The notes under the pieces: generated by a model
What the model was told of the DNA's origin: nothing
What the model saw: only the letters and a program-made list of their open reading frames with translations
The model's database searches: none
Program-made: the position numbers and the translations under genes
Source of the DNA: Bacteroidales bacterium
GTDB lineage: Bacteria; Bacteroidota; Bacteroidia; Bacteroidales; UBA3663
Direction: 5' to 3'
Length of the DNA: 64,000 nt
Assembly (NCBI GenBank): GCA_045600485.1
Contig: JAZRXX010000033.1
Span: forward strand, 2,474 to 66,473
Shown: piece after piece, positions 26,719 to 35,924 of the stretch
How positions within the stretch are numbered: the stretch's first letter is position 1
Layout: each line of letters starts with the position of its first letter

Positions 26719-27283
26719 GACGGAGATATTGCTCTACTTTAGGATCTACCCAGCCGGACAGGCTCATACCCTGAGCCAGACGTTGGCGGATCTCGGTTGA
26801 TGACAAATCATATTGTGGTGCTTCGACGACCTTAACGGTTGGATACAATGCCGTCGAGACCTCAGGCAACGGATATCCAGGACGAGGATAGACGATGAGG
26901 TGGAAATCGCGAAGAATAATCTCCCAATCCTTCCATCGCTGAAAGATCAACCAATTGTCGGCACCAACAATCAGGTGGAATTCATGCTCGGGATATTGCG
27001 ACTTCAGGGCCTGCAACGTATTGATTGTATAGTTGGGAATCGGCAGACTGTCTTCGATATTACAGACCTGCAACCCAGCATGTCCGTCGATGGCCAACTC
27101 AAGCATCTTCTGCCGAGCCTCGTTACTCATGAGGCCTTCGACCGACTTGAGCGGATTAAGAGGGGAACGGATCAACCACAACCGATCAACATACCCTTCA
27201 CGGACCAGATAATCAGCCAAAGCGATATGTCCCAGATGAACGGGGTTGAAACTTCCAGAGTAAATACCTATCCTCACACGCAC
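26705..27283 (-). CDS. nadD: Nicotinate-nucleotide adenylyltransferase
   Basis: GIYSGSFNPVHLGHIALA (HxGH motif) and the SSTEIR motif. GTG start. The 3' end overlaps the exonuclease start by 14 nt. Confidence 0.9.
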   Translation of the reverse strand: MRVRIGIYSGSFNPVHLGHIALADYLVREGYVDRLWLIRSPLNPLKSVEGLMSNEARQKMLELAIDGHAGLQVCNIEDSLPIPNYTINTLQALKSQYPEHEFHLIVGADNWLIFQRWKDWEIILRDFHLIVYPRPGYPLPEVSTALYPTVKVVEAPQYDLSSTEIRQRLAQGMSLSGWVDPKVEQYLRHDTE

Positions 27284-27314
27284 AAAAACATTATTAGTTC
27301 AGTAGAAAATGTTG

Positions 27315-27881
27315 TCACTTCAAGAAATCGTTCATCAGGGCAAGAACTTCGGCCTTGGCCTGATCGAGATTATCGTTGACAACAACCTTATCGAACTGCG
27401 ATGAAAAGGTAAGTTCGTAGGCGGCCTTATCCAATCGGGTCTGGATCACCTCTTCGGTATCAGTACCACGACCATGCAGACGGCGAGACAACTCTTCAAT
27501 CGAGGGCGGTTGGACAAAGATACTCAAAGCCCGATCGCCATAAAATTTCTTGATATTGACACCACCCTTCACATCAACATCAAACAAGACGACCTTACCT
27601 TCGTTGCTGAGACGTTCTACCTCGCTCTTGAGGGTTCCATAAAATTTGTCGGTGTAAACTTCTTCATATTCGAGAAATTCGTCGGCAGCAATACGCTTGC
27701 GGAACTCTTCGGGCGAAAGGAAGTAGTATTCCACACCATGCTTTTCGGTACCTCGTGGAGCTCGACTGGTACAAGAGATACTGAACGCAAGATCAGGATT
27801 CTGCGACATCAGATATTGTACCAAAGTTGATTTTCCACTGCCACTTGGAGCCGAAAAAATCATCAATTTACCATTGTTCAT
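27315..27881 (-). CDS. gmk: Guanylate kinase
   Basis: SAPSGSGKST P-loop and TSRAPRGTEKHGVEYYF. Confidence 0.95.
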   Translation of the reverse strand: MNNGKLMIFSAPSGSGKSTLVQYLMSQNPDLAFSISCTSRAPRGTEKHGVEYYFLSPEEFRKRIAADEFLEYEEVYTDKFYGTLKSEVERLSNEGKVVLFDVDVKGGVNIKKFYGDRALSIFVQPPSIEELSRRLHGRGTDTEEVIQTRLDKAAYELTFSSQFDKVVVNDNLDQAKAEVLALMNDFLK

Positions 27882-27948
27882 ACGACGTTATAATATCACA
27901 ATTAGCAAACAACTCAAAACTGAAAACTGAAAACTCAAAACTCAAAAC

Positions 27949-28848
27949 TCAAAGCACATTCAAAACCTGCTCCTTGATCTGTTCCAGTTCATCTTTCATT
28001 TTCACAACAATACGTTGCATTTCAGCCTGATTGGATTTACTTCCAAGAGTATTGATCTCGCGGCCCATCTCCTGAGCGATGAAGCCCAACTTCTTACCCG
28101 TACCACCGGCATCCATCTCGGCATCCATAGTTTCCATGAAGTAATTGAGATGATTCTCCAGGCGATGTTTCTCCTCGTTGATGTCCAGTTTTTCGATGTA
28201 ATAGATCATCTCCTGCTCCAGACGGTTCTTGTCAAAATCAACAGGCAGTTGCTGTAGTTTGTCGAGGATATTCTGTCGAATCTTCTCAGTTCGCTCCTTT
28301 TCGTATGGCTCAACACTGGCAAGAAGGGCACGGATATTGGCAATCTTCTCCGAAAAGACACGATAGAGAGAGGCGCCCTCTTGCGTTCTGAAAGCAACAA
28401 AATTATCGATAGCTTCAGCCACAACCTTTGTCACGGCGTCGAGTTCCTCCTCTCCGATTTCTGCGCTTGCCACACTAACGGCATCGGGCATACGGACAAC
28501 AGTTTGAAGGAGAATGGCTGCGCTTTGAGCCTGAGTATCCAGCTGGACGATGCCTAAATCCTTGCGGATAGCATCCAACTGTTCGTAATAGGACTTAACA
28601 ACCGAAGCATTGATACGTGGAGCTTCATTGACAGTTTCACTCTCGACGGTCAACGTAAAATCGACCTTTCCACGTTGAAGAGCTTTTTGTATCATGGAGC
28701 GGAATTCCATTTCTCGCTCTCTGTATTGTTGTGCCGTCTTCATTCCCAAATCCAATTGTTTAGAGTTTAAGGAACGGATTTCGGCAGTAACTTTTTTGTT
28801 CAAGACTACGGCGCTTGCTTTGCCGTATCCTGTCATTGACTGTATCAT
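27949..28848 (-). CDS. yicC: YicC/YloC family stress-induced protein
   Basis: MIQSMTGYGKA...IRSLNSK N-terminus and C-terminal GKKLGFIAQEMGREINTLGSKS. Confidence 0.9.
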   Translation of the reverse strand: MIQSMTGYGKASAVVLNKKVTAEIRSLNSKQLDLGMKTAQQYREREMEFRSMIQKALQRGKVDFTLTVESETVNEAPRINASVVKSYYEQLDAIRKDLGIVQLDTQAQSAAILLQTVVRMPDAVSVASAEIGEEELDAVTKVVAEAIDNFVAFRTQEGASLYRVFSEKIANIRALLASVEPYEKERTEKIRQNILDKLQQLPVDFDKNRLEQEMIYYIEKLDINEEKHRLENHLNYFMETMDAEMDAGGTGKKLGFIAQEMGREINTLGSKSNQAEMQRIVVKMKDELEQIKEQVLNVL

Positions 28849-28879
28849 TTATGTGGGTTATATTTGATATTTAGTGGCG

Positions 28880-28887
28880 CAAAGATA
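28880..28887 (-). promoter_or_regulatory. -7 promoter box (reverse complement TATCTTTG) for yicC
   Basis: Exact TAnnTTTG on the minus strand, 32 nt upstream of the ATG at 28848. Confidence 0.45.
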
Positions 28888-28992
28888 ATGTATTATTTTC
28901 AAAGTTGTATCATAAAGTTGTTTTTTTTTCAAAGTTTTTATTTTTTTTTATAAAATTGCAACCATATTCTTGGTAATTCGACGAAAAACCCC

Positions 28993-29000
28993 TATCTTTG
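28993..29000 (+). promoter_or_regulatory. -7 promoter box TATCTTTG for tsaB
   Basis: Exact TAnnTTTG, 35 nt upstream of the ATG at 29035. Confidence 0.45.
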
Positions 29001-29034
29001 CACGCATTATTTAAATTACGCGCACACATATATT

Positions 29035-29736
29035 ATGAATATATTACTCATAGAGACTTCCGCCAAAGCTTGCAGCGTTGCGTTGAGTCACGACTTCAAT
29101 ATCGAGTTCAAGCGAGAGACCACCGATGGGCCCAACCATGCTTCGGCCTTGGGTCAATTTGTCGAAGATGCCCTCCAGTTCGCACGCGAAAATGGCATGA
29201 TGCCCGATGCCGTTGCTGTCAGTTCCGGACCGGGCAGCTACACAGGTTTACGCATTGGAGTGAGCGAAGCCAAGGGGGTTGCCTTTGGTTTGAACATTCC
29301 ACTCATGGGTATTCCGACACTCGAGGCATTGTGTTGCCATGTCATGTTCTGTCCGATTTTGGAGGAGGGCATGCCCGAAGGCGGTTATTATTGTCCAATG
29401 ATCGATGCCCGTCGCATGGAGGTATATACGGCACTATACGATGCAGCGCTCAACGAAGTCCGTCCGGTCAAGGCAGAGATTATCGACGAGAACTTCTTGC
29501 ACGACGAACTGGAGCAGCACCCGATCTACTTCTTCGGCGATGGTGCCGACAAGTGCCAGGAAGTAATCAAACATCCCAACGCACACTTCATCCCTAATGT
29601 CCGTGTCATGGCCAAAGACATGATGGCATTAGCGATCAAACGCTTCAATCAGGGCAAATTCGACGATACGGCCTATTTTGTTCCATTCTACCTCAAGGAT
29701 TTCGTCGCCTCGTTACCCAAGAATCCGTTTAATTAA
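29035..29736 (+). CDS. tsaB: tRNA threonylcarbamoyladenosine biosynthesis protein TsaB
   Basis: ILLIETSAKACSVAL...VAVSSGPGSYTGLRIG is the TsaB/YeaZ signature. Confidence 0.85.
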   Translation: MNILLIETSAKACSVALSHDFNIEFKRETTDGPNHASALGQFVEDALQFARENGMMPDAVAVSSGPGSYTGLRIGVSEAKGVAFGLNIPLMGIPTLEALCCHVMFCPILEEGMPEGGYYCPMIDARRMEVYTALYDAALNEVRPVKAEIIDENFLHDELEQHPIYFFGDGADKCQEVIKHPNAHFIPNVRVMAKDMMALAIKRFNQGKFDDTAYFVPFYLKDFVASLPKNPFN

Positions 29737-29762
29737 CGAAAAGTAATTCAAATCAACAATAT

Positions 29763-30386
29763 ATGCAACAATACAACACCCAACTCGCTGCAATCAAACT
29801 TCCGGAATACGGTCGTAATGTACAGATGCTGGTCAATTATTGCAAGACGATCCCCAACCGCGAGCGTCGCAATGCCTGTGCCCAGACAATCGTCAATATC
29901 ATGGCCGACATCTATCCGGAGCTGTCGGAAGTTTCGGGTCGCAAAAACATTCTTTGGGATCACTTGGCTGTAATCAGCAATTTTGAGCTCGACATAGACT
30001 ATCCGTGCGAAGTCATGAAACCAGATGAACTGGGTTCGAAGCCAGAGCCGCTTCGCTACACTCAGACAAGAATCGACAACCGAATCTATGGCAAGCGCAT
30101 GGAGGAACTTGTTTCCATTGCCCGTACGATCGAGGATCGCCAGGAGCGGATCCGACTGTTTGAATTGGTGGCAAATCAGATGAAACGAAACTTTCACGAC
30201 ACCTATCGCAGCGCATCGGAAGACGACAACAAGATCGTACAGGATCTGATTTATTATGCCGGCGAACAGTTCCGCGATGAGATCATGCAGGTCTATATGC
30301 TCGACGTTAAGACCTTGTCCAAGAACGAGCAATACGATCCGGCGAAACTGGTAGAGACCAAAAAGAAGAAGAAAAAGAAAAAGTAA
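29763..30386 (+). CDS. DUF4290 domain-containing protein, with a C-terminal octa-lysine tail
   Basis: LPEYGRNVQMLVNYC...RNACAQTIVNIMA matches my memory of the Bacteroidetes DUF4290 family. The ORF ends in KKKKKKKK. Confidence 0.6.
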   Translation: MQQYNTQLAAIKLPEYGRNVQMLVNYCKTIPNRERRNACAQTIVNIMADIYPELSEVSGRKNILWDHLAVISNFELDIDYPCEVMKPDELGSKPEPLRYTQTRIDNRIYGKRMEELVSIARTIEDRQERIRLFELVANQMKRNFHDTYRSASEDDNKIVQDLIYYAGEQFRDEIMQVYMLDVKTLSKNEQYDPAKLVETKKKKKKKK

Positions 30387-30407
30387 TGATATAACAAATA
30401 CAAGATT

Positions 30408-32093
30408 ATGGAAACTTCAGAAACTGCAATCGTAGAGAAGAAGGCCTCGAACTTTGTCGAGGAGTTTATCGAAGAGGACATTGCTGCCGGCAAGGTAGCC
30501 GCCTCACCCACAAAGATGGTACATACCCGTTTCCCTCCTGAACCAAACGGATATCTTCATATCGGCCATGCCAAGGCCATCTGTATGGACTTCGGCGCTG
30601 CCGCCAAATATGGTGGTGTATGCAACCTGCGCCTCGACGATACCAATCCATCGCGCGAAGACACAGAATACGTAGATGCCATCATGGACGACATCCACTG
30701 GCTCGGTTTCGACTGGGGCAACAACCTCTTCTACGCATCCGATTATTTCGAGGAGCTCTGGAACCTCGCAGAATACATGATCAAGAAAGGTCTTGCCTAT
30801 GTCGAGGAACAGACCAGCGAGCAGATTGCACAGCAGAAAGGCACTCCAACCCAACCGGGCATCGAGAGTCCATTCCGTAACCGTCCAGCCGAAGAATCGT
30901 TGGATCTCTTCCGTCGCATGAACAAGGGTGAGTTCGACGAAGGAACCCTCACCTTGCGTGCCAAGATTGATATGGCCAACCCGAACATGCACTTCCGCGA
31001 TCCTATCATGTATCGCATCATCAAGTATCCACATCACCGCACAGGCACCAAGTGGCAGGCTTATCCAATGTACGATTTTGCCCACGGCCAGTCGGACTTC
31101 CTCGAGGGTATCACCCACTCCATCTGCACACTTGAGTTCGAGGTGCATCGTCCTTTGTATGAGTATTTTGCCAAGATTATGGCCGAATACAAGGGCACGA
31201 CCTACACCCCACGCCAGATTGAGTTCAACCGCCTCAACCTTACTCATACCGTCATGTCCAAGCGATACTTGCGCGACATGGTAGAGAACGGCATCGTGCG
31301 TGGTTGGGATGATCCTCGTATGCCTACCATTTGTGGTTTGCGCCGTCGTGGCTATACAGCCGCTGCCATCCGTGACTTTATCACAACCATCGGCTACACC
31401 AAGTTCATGGCTTTGAACAACATCGTGTTGCTCGAAAATGCGGTACGCAATGACCTGAACAAGAATGCAACCCGTATCATGGGTGTCATCAACCCAGTGA
31501 AGCTTACCATTACCAACTGGCCAGAGGGCAAGGTGGAGATGTGCGAGATGGACAACAACCCGGAGCAGGAGGGTTCTGGTCGTCACCAGATGCCATTCTC
31601 GGGCGAACTCTACATCGAGCGTGAAGACTTCCAGGAGGTTGCCGAAAAGAAGTTCTTCCGCCTGACTATCGACAAAGAGGTCCGCTTGAAGTCTGCCTAT
31701 ATCATCAAGTGCACAGGTATCGAGAAGGACGCAGAGGGCAACATTACCAACATTCTCTGTACTTACGATCCAGAGTCTAAGTCTGGTATGCCGGGTGCTG
31801 ACCGTAAGGTGAAGGGCACTCTGCACTGGGTATCTGCACCACATGCAGTCAAGGCAGAGGTTCGTCTGTATAATGCTCTCTTCCTCGACGAAGAGGCTAC
31901 CACCGAGAGCGAACGCAATCCTGAGAGCGAAGTTGTGGTCGAGAACGCCTTCATTGAGCCATTTGTCAAAGAGATGTCCGAAGTGGGCACCAAGTTCCAG
32001 TTCCAGCGTCTGGGCTACTTCTGCATCGACAAGGATACCACGGCCGACAAGCTGGTATTCAACCGTACCGTATCGCTCAAAGAAAGTAAATAA
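30408..32093 (+). CDS. glnS: Glutamine--tRNA ligase
   Basis: RFPPEPNGYLHIGHAKA (HIGH) and VMSKR (KMSKS-type) motifs, with GlnRS length and C-terminal beta-barrel region. Confidence 0.95.
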   Translation: METSETAIVEKKASNFVEEFIEEDIAAGKVAASPTKMVHTRFPPEPNGYLHIGHAKAICMDFGAAAKYGGVCNLRLDDTNPSREDTEYVDAIMDDIHWLGFDWGNNLFYASDYFEELWNLAEYMIKKGLAYVEEQTSEQIAQQKGTPTQPGIESPFRNRPAEESLDLFRRMNKGEFDEGTLTLRAKIDMANPNMHFRDPIMYRIIKYPHHRTGTKWQAYPMYDFAHGQSDFLEGITHSICTLEFEVHRPLYEYFAKIMAEYKGTTYTPRQIEFNRLNLTHTVMSKRYLRDMVENGIVRGWDDPRMPTICGLRRRGYTAAAIRDFITTIGYTKFMALNNIVLLENAVRNDLNKNATRIMGVINPVKLTITNWPEGKVEMCEMDNNPEQEGSGRHQMPFSGELYIEREDFQEVAEKKFFRLTIDKEVRLKSAYIIKCTGIEKDAEGNITNILCTYDPESKSGMPGADRKVKGTLHWVSAPHAVKAEVRLYNALFLDEEATTESERNPESEVVVENAFIEPFVKEMSEVGTKFQFQRLGYFCIDKDTTADKLVFNRTVSLKESK

Positions 32094-32106
32094 TTCATAG
32101 TAAAAA

Positions 32107-32290
32107 AGGGGAGTAAAAGGGTAGTAAAAAAGGAGTAAAAAGGGAGTAAAAAGGACGATACAAAAAGCGTTCATATCTTGTCTGGGATAAAAAAGGATTT
32201 TTGACATCTGGTTCAAACGTCTCTTTTACTACCCTTTTACTACCCTTTTACTACCCTTTTACTACTCTTAAAAAGCCCCTTTACTTCCCT
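32107..32290. repeat. Inverted pair of 11 bp tandem-repeat arrays (GGTAGTAAAAG-like, phased A-tracts)
   Basis: The left arm at 32107-32154 reads GGGGAGTAAAAG GGTAGTAAAAAA GGAGTAAAAAG GGAGTAAAAAG. The right arm at 32223-32267 is CTTTTACTACC repeated about 4 times, the reverse complement of the same unit. A degenerate copy lies at 32276-32290. The spacer is roughly 68 bp. Confidence 0.8.
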
Positions 32291-32296
32291 TCCTTA

Positions 32297-32328
32297 ATGA
32301 CAAGATGACAACATGACAAGATGACAAT
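32297..32328. repeat. Four tandem 8-mers ATGACAAG ATGACAAC ATGACAAG ATGACAAT
   Basis: Read directly from the sequence. The last copy ends 46 nt upstream of the ATG at 32375. Confidence 0.8.
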
Positions 32329-32374
32329 GGTCAATTGTCCCGCTCATCAATAAACAATAAACTTCAAGCACTGA

Positions 32375-33694
32375 ATGAAGAAAAAAACACCAGCTTTCTA
32401 TCGTTATTGTCAAGACATGGCAAGCGATCATCTTTCGTATTATGAACCCGAAGAAATCGAGGCAGCCGTCTTGGATTTGCTTGACATGAACATGTTTGAG
32501 GATGCAGAATATCTTGCAGAACAAGGCATGAGGCAACACCCGAACGACGATACGATGGAAAAGATGGTGATTTGGATTTACCTGCACAACCACAAGGCAG
32601 AACAGGCCGAAGCCATGTTCCAGAAGTATCGCAACGAAAATTCCGACTGGAGCATCCGCATGAGTTTCTGCTTTGCTGCTATGCATGGTCATCCACAAAG
32701 GGCACTCGACAGTTTCGTCAATGCGCTCCGCGATGGGCAGATTGCACCATTGGATTGGATCAACACCATCGACGAAATGTTCGAAGTCTTGCCCATGGAT
32801 GTCTTGTCGCCCTATCTGGTGCAGGTCATCGAGATAATAGATAAAGATGCCGAAACATTGGCCCGAGTCGGCACTATGCTGATCGATGCACTTCGGTTCG
32901 AAGAGGCCGCCAAAGCCATCGAGAAGTCGCTTGATCTGGATGCCTACGACATCTACTCATGGCAGGATCTGTCACGATGCTATCTGCTCATGCAGAACAT
33001 TTCGAAATGCCAGGAGGCTTGTGAATATGGATTGACCATCGACGAGACGAATCCGTTGTTGAGTTTCATCATGGGTTATATCCATTACGAAAGACATGAG
33101 TTCCGAGAGTGCATCCCCTACTTGTGCAATGCACGCAAGTTTGCCGAAGGGCAGATTGATGCACGCAATCTGAACATGAAGGAAGACGAAATCCGGCACC
33201 AGATCGATGTAACCTACGAGATGTTGGGGCTTTCCTATATAGAAACCGAACAATACGACTTGGCCAAGGAGTGTTTCGAAATCATGTGCGAACGTTCACC
33301 CAAAAACCCTATGTCCTGGTTGCATTTGTCCAGTATATACCTGTACGAAGGTGATTTGAACAAGGCCAACGAATTGATCGAACATGCCATTCAGCTCGAT
33401 CCGAAAAACGAGAGTGCAAGATCGTTGCAGGTATCAATACTGACCACAATGCACAAGTTTCCGGAGGCTCTCTCGGCACTCAAAGAGATTCTGCGCCTCA
33501 AGCCCAAGAGTCAGAGCTATCTGGTCGCTTATGCTACTTTGGCGAGCCACTCCGGACTCGACAAAGAGGCCGATGCCGCCTATCGCAAACTGCTCAAGAT
33601 GGGCGCCAAGAGCAAGGCCTACCACCCAATGCTGCTCGACTATTTCCGTAGCATTGGCGACGATGATGCCGTTCGTCAATTGTCCGAATCTTAA
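32375..33694 (+). CDS. Tetratricopeptide repeat protein (cytoplasmic, no signal peptide)
   Basis: 439 aa with repeated about 34 aa helical units carrying A/Y/L spacing (for example YEMLGLSYIETEQYDLAKECFEIM, LSSIYLYEGDLNKANELIEHAIQLDP). Confidence 0.7.
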   Translation: MKKKTPAFYRYCQDMASDHLSYYEPEEIEAAVLDLLDMNMFEDAEYLAEQGMRQHPNDDTMEKMVIWIYLHNHKAEQAEAMFQKYRNENSDWSIRMSFCFAAMHGHPQRALDSFVNALRDGQIAPLDWINTIDEMFEVLPMDVLSPYLVQVIEIIDKDAETLARVGTMLIDALRFEEAAKAIEKSLDLDAYDIYSWQDLSRCYLLMQNISKCQEACEYGLTIDETNPLLSFIMGYIHYERHEFRECIPYLCNARKFAEGQIDARNLNMKEDEIRHQIDVTYEMLGLSYIETEQYDLAKECFEIMCERSPKNPMSWLHLSSIYLYEGDLNKANELIEHAIQLDPKNESARSLQVSILTTMHKFPEALSALKEILRLKPKSQSYLVAYATLASHSGLDKEADAAYRKLLKMGAKSKAYHPMLLDYFRSIGDDDAVRQLSES

Positions 33695-33737
33695 CTTGCA
33701 TTCATGCAAAGTTATCAGTTATTAGTTATCAGTTATT

Positions 33738-34385
33738 ATGGAAGAATTATACTTGTGGATCGAAGCCAACATGAGCTATAGTGTCATAACCTTCTTTATG
33801 GCAGTCGAGAGCTCGTTCATTCCTTTCCCCTCCGAAATCATCATCATTCCGGCCGCTTATATCGCTGCCACCAACGGGAGCCTGAGCCTTCCACTCATCA
33901 TCCTCTATGGTACCATCGGTGCCATTCTGGGTGCATTGGTGAACTATGGCCTTGCCTATTGGTTGGGCCGTCCGATCATCCATAAATTTGCCGATACGAA
34001 ATTGAGCCACATGCTGCTCATAGACCGTCCCGGTGTCGAGAAGGCCGAAAACTACTTTGCTGATCATGGTGCTGTTGGCACATTCGTCGGACGTCTCATT
34101 CCTGCCATTCGCCAGCTCATTTCCATTCCTGCTGGTTTGGCCAAAATGAATATCCTGAAGTTCCTTTTCTTCACCTTCTTGGGTGCAGGCATCTGGAACT
34201 CCATTCTGGCGGTATTGGGCTATACCCTCGGACAGACCTTGGGCAAAGAGACACTCATCGCCAAAGTGCAGGAATATAGTGACTATGTGAAGTATGGCAT
34301 CGCTGCTGTTGTTGCCATCGGATTCATCTATTATATATATTTAGTGGTTAAAGCAAATCGCGAAACTGCCAATCGAAACAAATGA
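33738..34385 (+). CDS. DedA family membrane protein
   Basis: ESSFIPFPSEIIIIPAAY and GRLIPAIRQLISIPAG are DedA/SNARE-associated motifs. The protein has multiple TM helices. Confidence 0.85.
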   Translation: MEELYLWIEANMSYSVITFFMAVESSFIPFPSEIIIIPAAYIAATNGSLSLPLIILYGTIGAILGALVNYGLAYWLGRPIIHKFADTKLSHMLLIDRPGVEKAENYFADHGAVGTFVGRLIPAIRQLISIPAGLAKMNILKFLFFTFLGAGIWNSILAVLGYTLGQTLGKETLIAKVQEYSDYVKYGIAAVVAIGFIYYIYLVVKANRETANRNK

Positions 34386-35527
34386 CATTCAAACTACAAG
34401 CAACCGATACAAACTCGTGGGCGCGTGCTGGCGAAATCCACACGGACCACGGAACCATCCAGACTCCAATCTTCATGCCTGTCGGCACAGTCGGATCAGT
34501 CAAATGCCTCCACTTCAGCGAACTGCGCGAAGAGGTGAAGGCTCAGATCATTCTTGGCAATACCTATCACCTCTATCTGCGTCCGGGATTGGATGTGCTG
34601 CAAGAGGCTGGTGGCCTGCACAAGTTCAACAGCTGGGATCGGCCTATCTTGACCGACTCCGGTGGATTCCAGGTCTTCTCGTTGGCCGATAACCGCAAGA
34701 TTACCGAAGAGGGATGTACTTTCCGCAGCCATATCGATGGCTCCAAGCATCTCTTCACACCCGAACGTGTCATGGAGATTGAGCGAATCATTGGCGCAGA
34801 CATCATGATGGCGTTCGACGAATGTCCTCCGGGCGACAGCGACTACAACTACGCCCGAAAGAGTCTCGACCTGACCGAACGCTGGCTGGATCGTTGCTTC
34901 AAACGCTACAAGGAGACCGAGGACGAAAATGGCAACAACCAGTATGGCTACCATCAGGCCCTCTTCCCTATCGTCCAGGGTTGTACCTATCCGGACCTGC
35001 GTCGTCGAGCTGCCGAAAAGATTGCAGCCATGGATGTCGAGGGCAATGCCATCGGCGGACTTGCAGTGGGCGAACCGACCGAGAAGATGTACGAGATGAT
35101 CGAAGTGGTCAACGAAATTCTGCCCAAGGACCGTCCCCGCTATCTGATGGGGGTCGGAACTCCCGCCAATCTGCTTGAGGGCATCGAACGTGGTGTCGAT
35201 ATGTTCGACTGCGTCATGCCTACCCGCAATGCCCGCAACGGTATGCTCTTTACCCGCCATGGCATCATGAACATGAAGAATGCCAAATGGGCACACGACC
35301 ACTCTCCGATCCAGGAAGATGGACCTTGCGCTGTCGATCGTATCCATTCGAAAGCATATCTGCGTCATCTCTTCCATGCCGAAGAGTATCTGGCGCTGCA
35401 GATTGCCTCTATCCACAACCTCTCGTTCTATCTGTGGCTTGTCGGCGAAGCTCGTCAGCACATTCTGGCTGGTGACTTCAAACCGTGGAAGGACTATATG
35501 ATTGGCGAAGTTACAAGACGATTGTAA
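34382..35527 (+). CDS. tgt: tRNA-guanine transglycosylase (queuine tRNA-ribosyltransferase)
   Basis: ARAGEIHTDHGTIQTPIFMPVGT, LTDSGGFQVFSL and a zinc-site region. The start overlaps the dedA stop (ATGA). Confidence 0.95.
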   Translation: MTFKLQATDTNSWARAGEIHTDHGTIQTPIFMPVGTVGSVKCLHFSELREEVKAQIILGNTYHLYLRPGLDVLQEAGGLHKFNSWDRPILTDSGGFQVFSLADNRKITEEGCTFRSHIDGSKHLFTPERVMEIERIIGADIMMAFDECPPGDSDYNYARKSLDLTERWLDRCFKRYKETEDENGNNQYGYHQALFPIVQGCTYPDLRRRAAEKIAAMDVEGNAIGGLAVGEPTEKMYEMIEVVNEILPKDRPRYLMGVGTPANLLEGIERGVDMFDCVMPTRNARNGMLFTRHGIMNMKNAKWAHDHSPIQEDGPCAVDRIHSKAYLRHLFHAEEYLALQIASIHNLSFYLWLVGEARQHILAGDFKPWKDYMIGEVTRRL

Positions 35528-35550
35528 TCTGGATTAGTTAATGCAGCGTT

Positions 35551-35723
35551 TCAATGACTTGTATATAAATTCACACGAAGGCACGAAGATAAAAAGTCTT
35601 TCCCCCTTAGTCATCTTTGTGTGGTCTCAATTTATTACAAAGGGTATTAAGTTCACAAAGGCAATATGCCGCAGGCCTTCATCTTCTTTGTGTCTTCGTG
35701 TGAGTTATTATTAAATCTCGTCA
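35551..35723. repeat. Family C intergenic repeat (about 173 bp), copy 1
   Basis: By eye, about 9 of every 10 positions match 54697-54869. The element contains four CACAAAG/CTTTGTG motifs and closing arms TCACACGAAG / CTTCGTGTGA. It is bracketed by a perfect 12 bp inverted repeat CTGGATTAGTTA (35529-35540) / TAACTAATCCAG (35735-35746). Confidence 0.8.
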
Positions 35724-35855
35724 AGACGCAACAATAACTAATCCAGGAGTTAATAGTTATTAGTTTATAGTTAATAGTTATTAGTTAGGCTGTTTTGGTC
35801 GAAACTATAGTCAAATTTCAGTTCGAGGTTATTATAACTAATAACTAATAAATTA

Positions 35856-35863
35856 TAACTTTG
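35856..35863 (+). promoter_or_regulatory. -7 promoter box TAACTTTG
   Basis: Exact TAnnTTTG, 62 nt upstream of the start at 35925. Confidence 0.4.
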
Positions 35864-35924
35864 CATGAATAATGCAAGGTAACAGGGAACAGAAACAGAA
35901 GTTTAAGCTTAAGACATTTATTCA

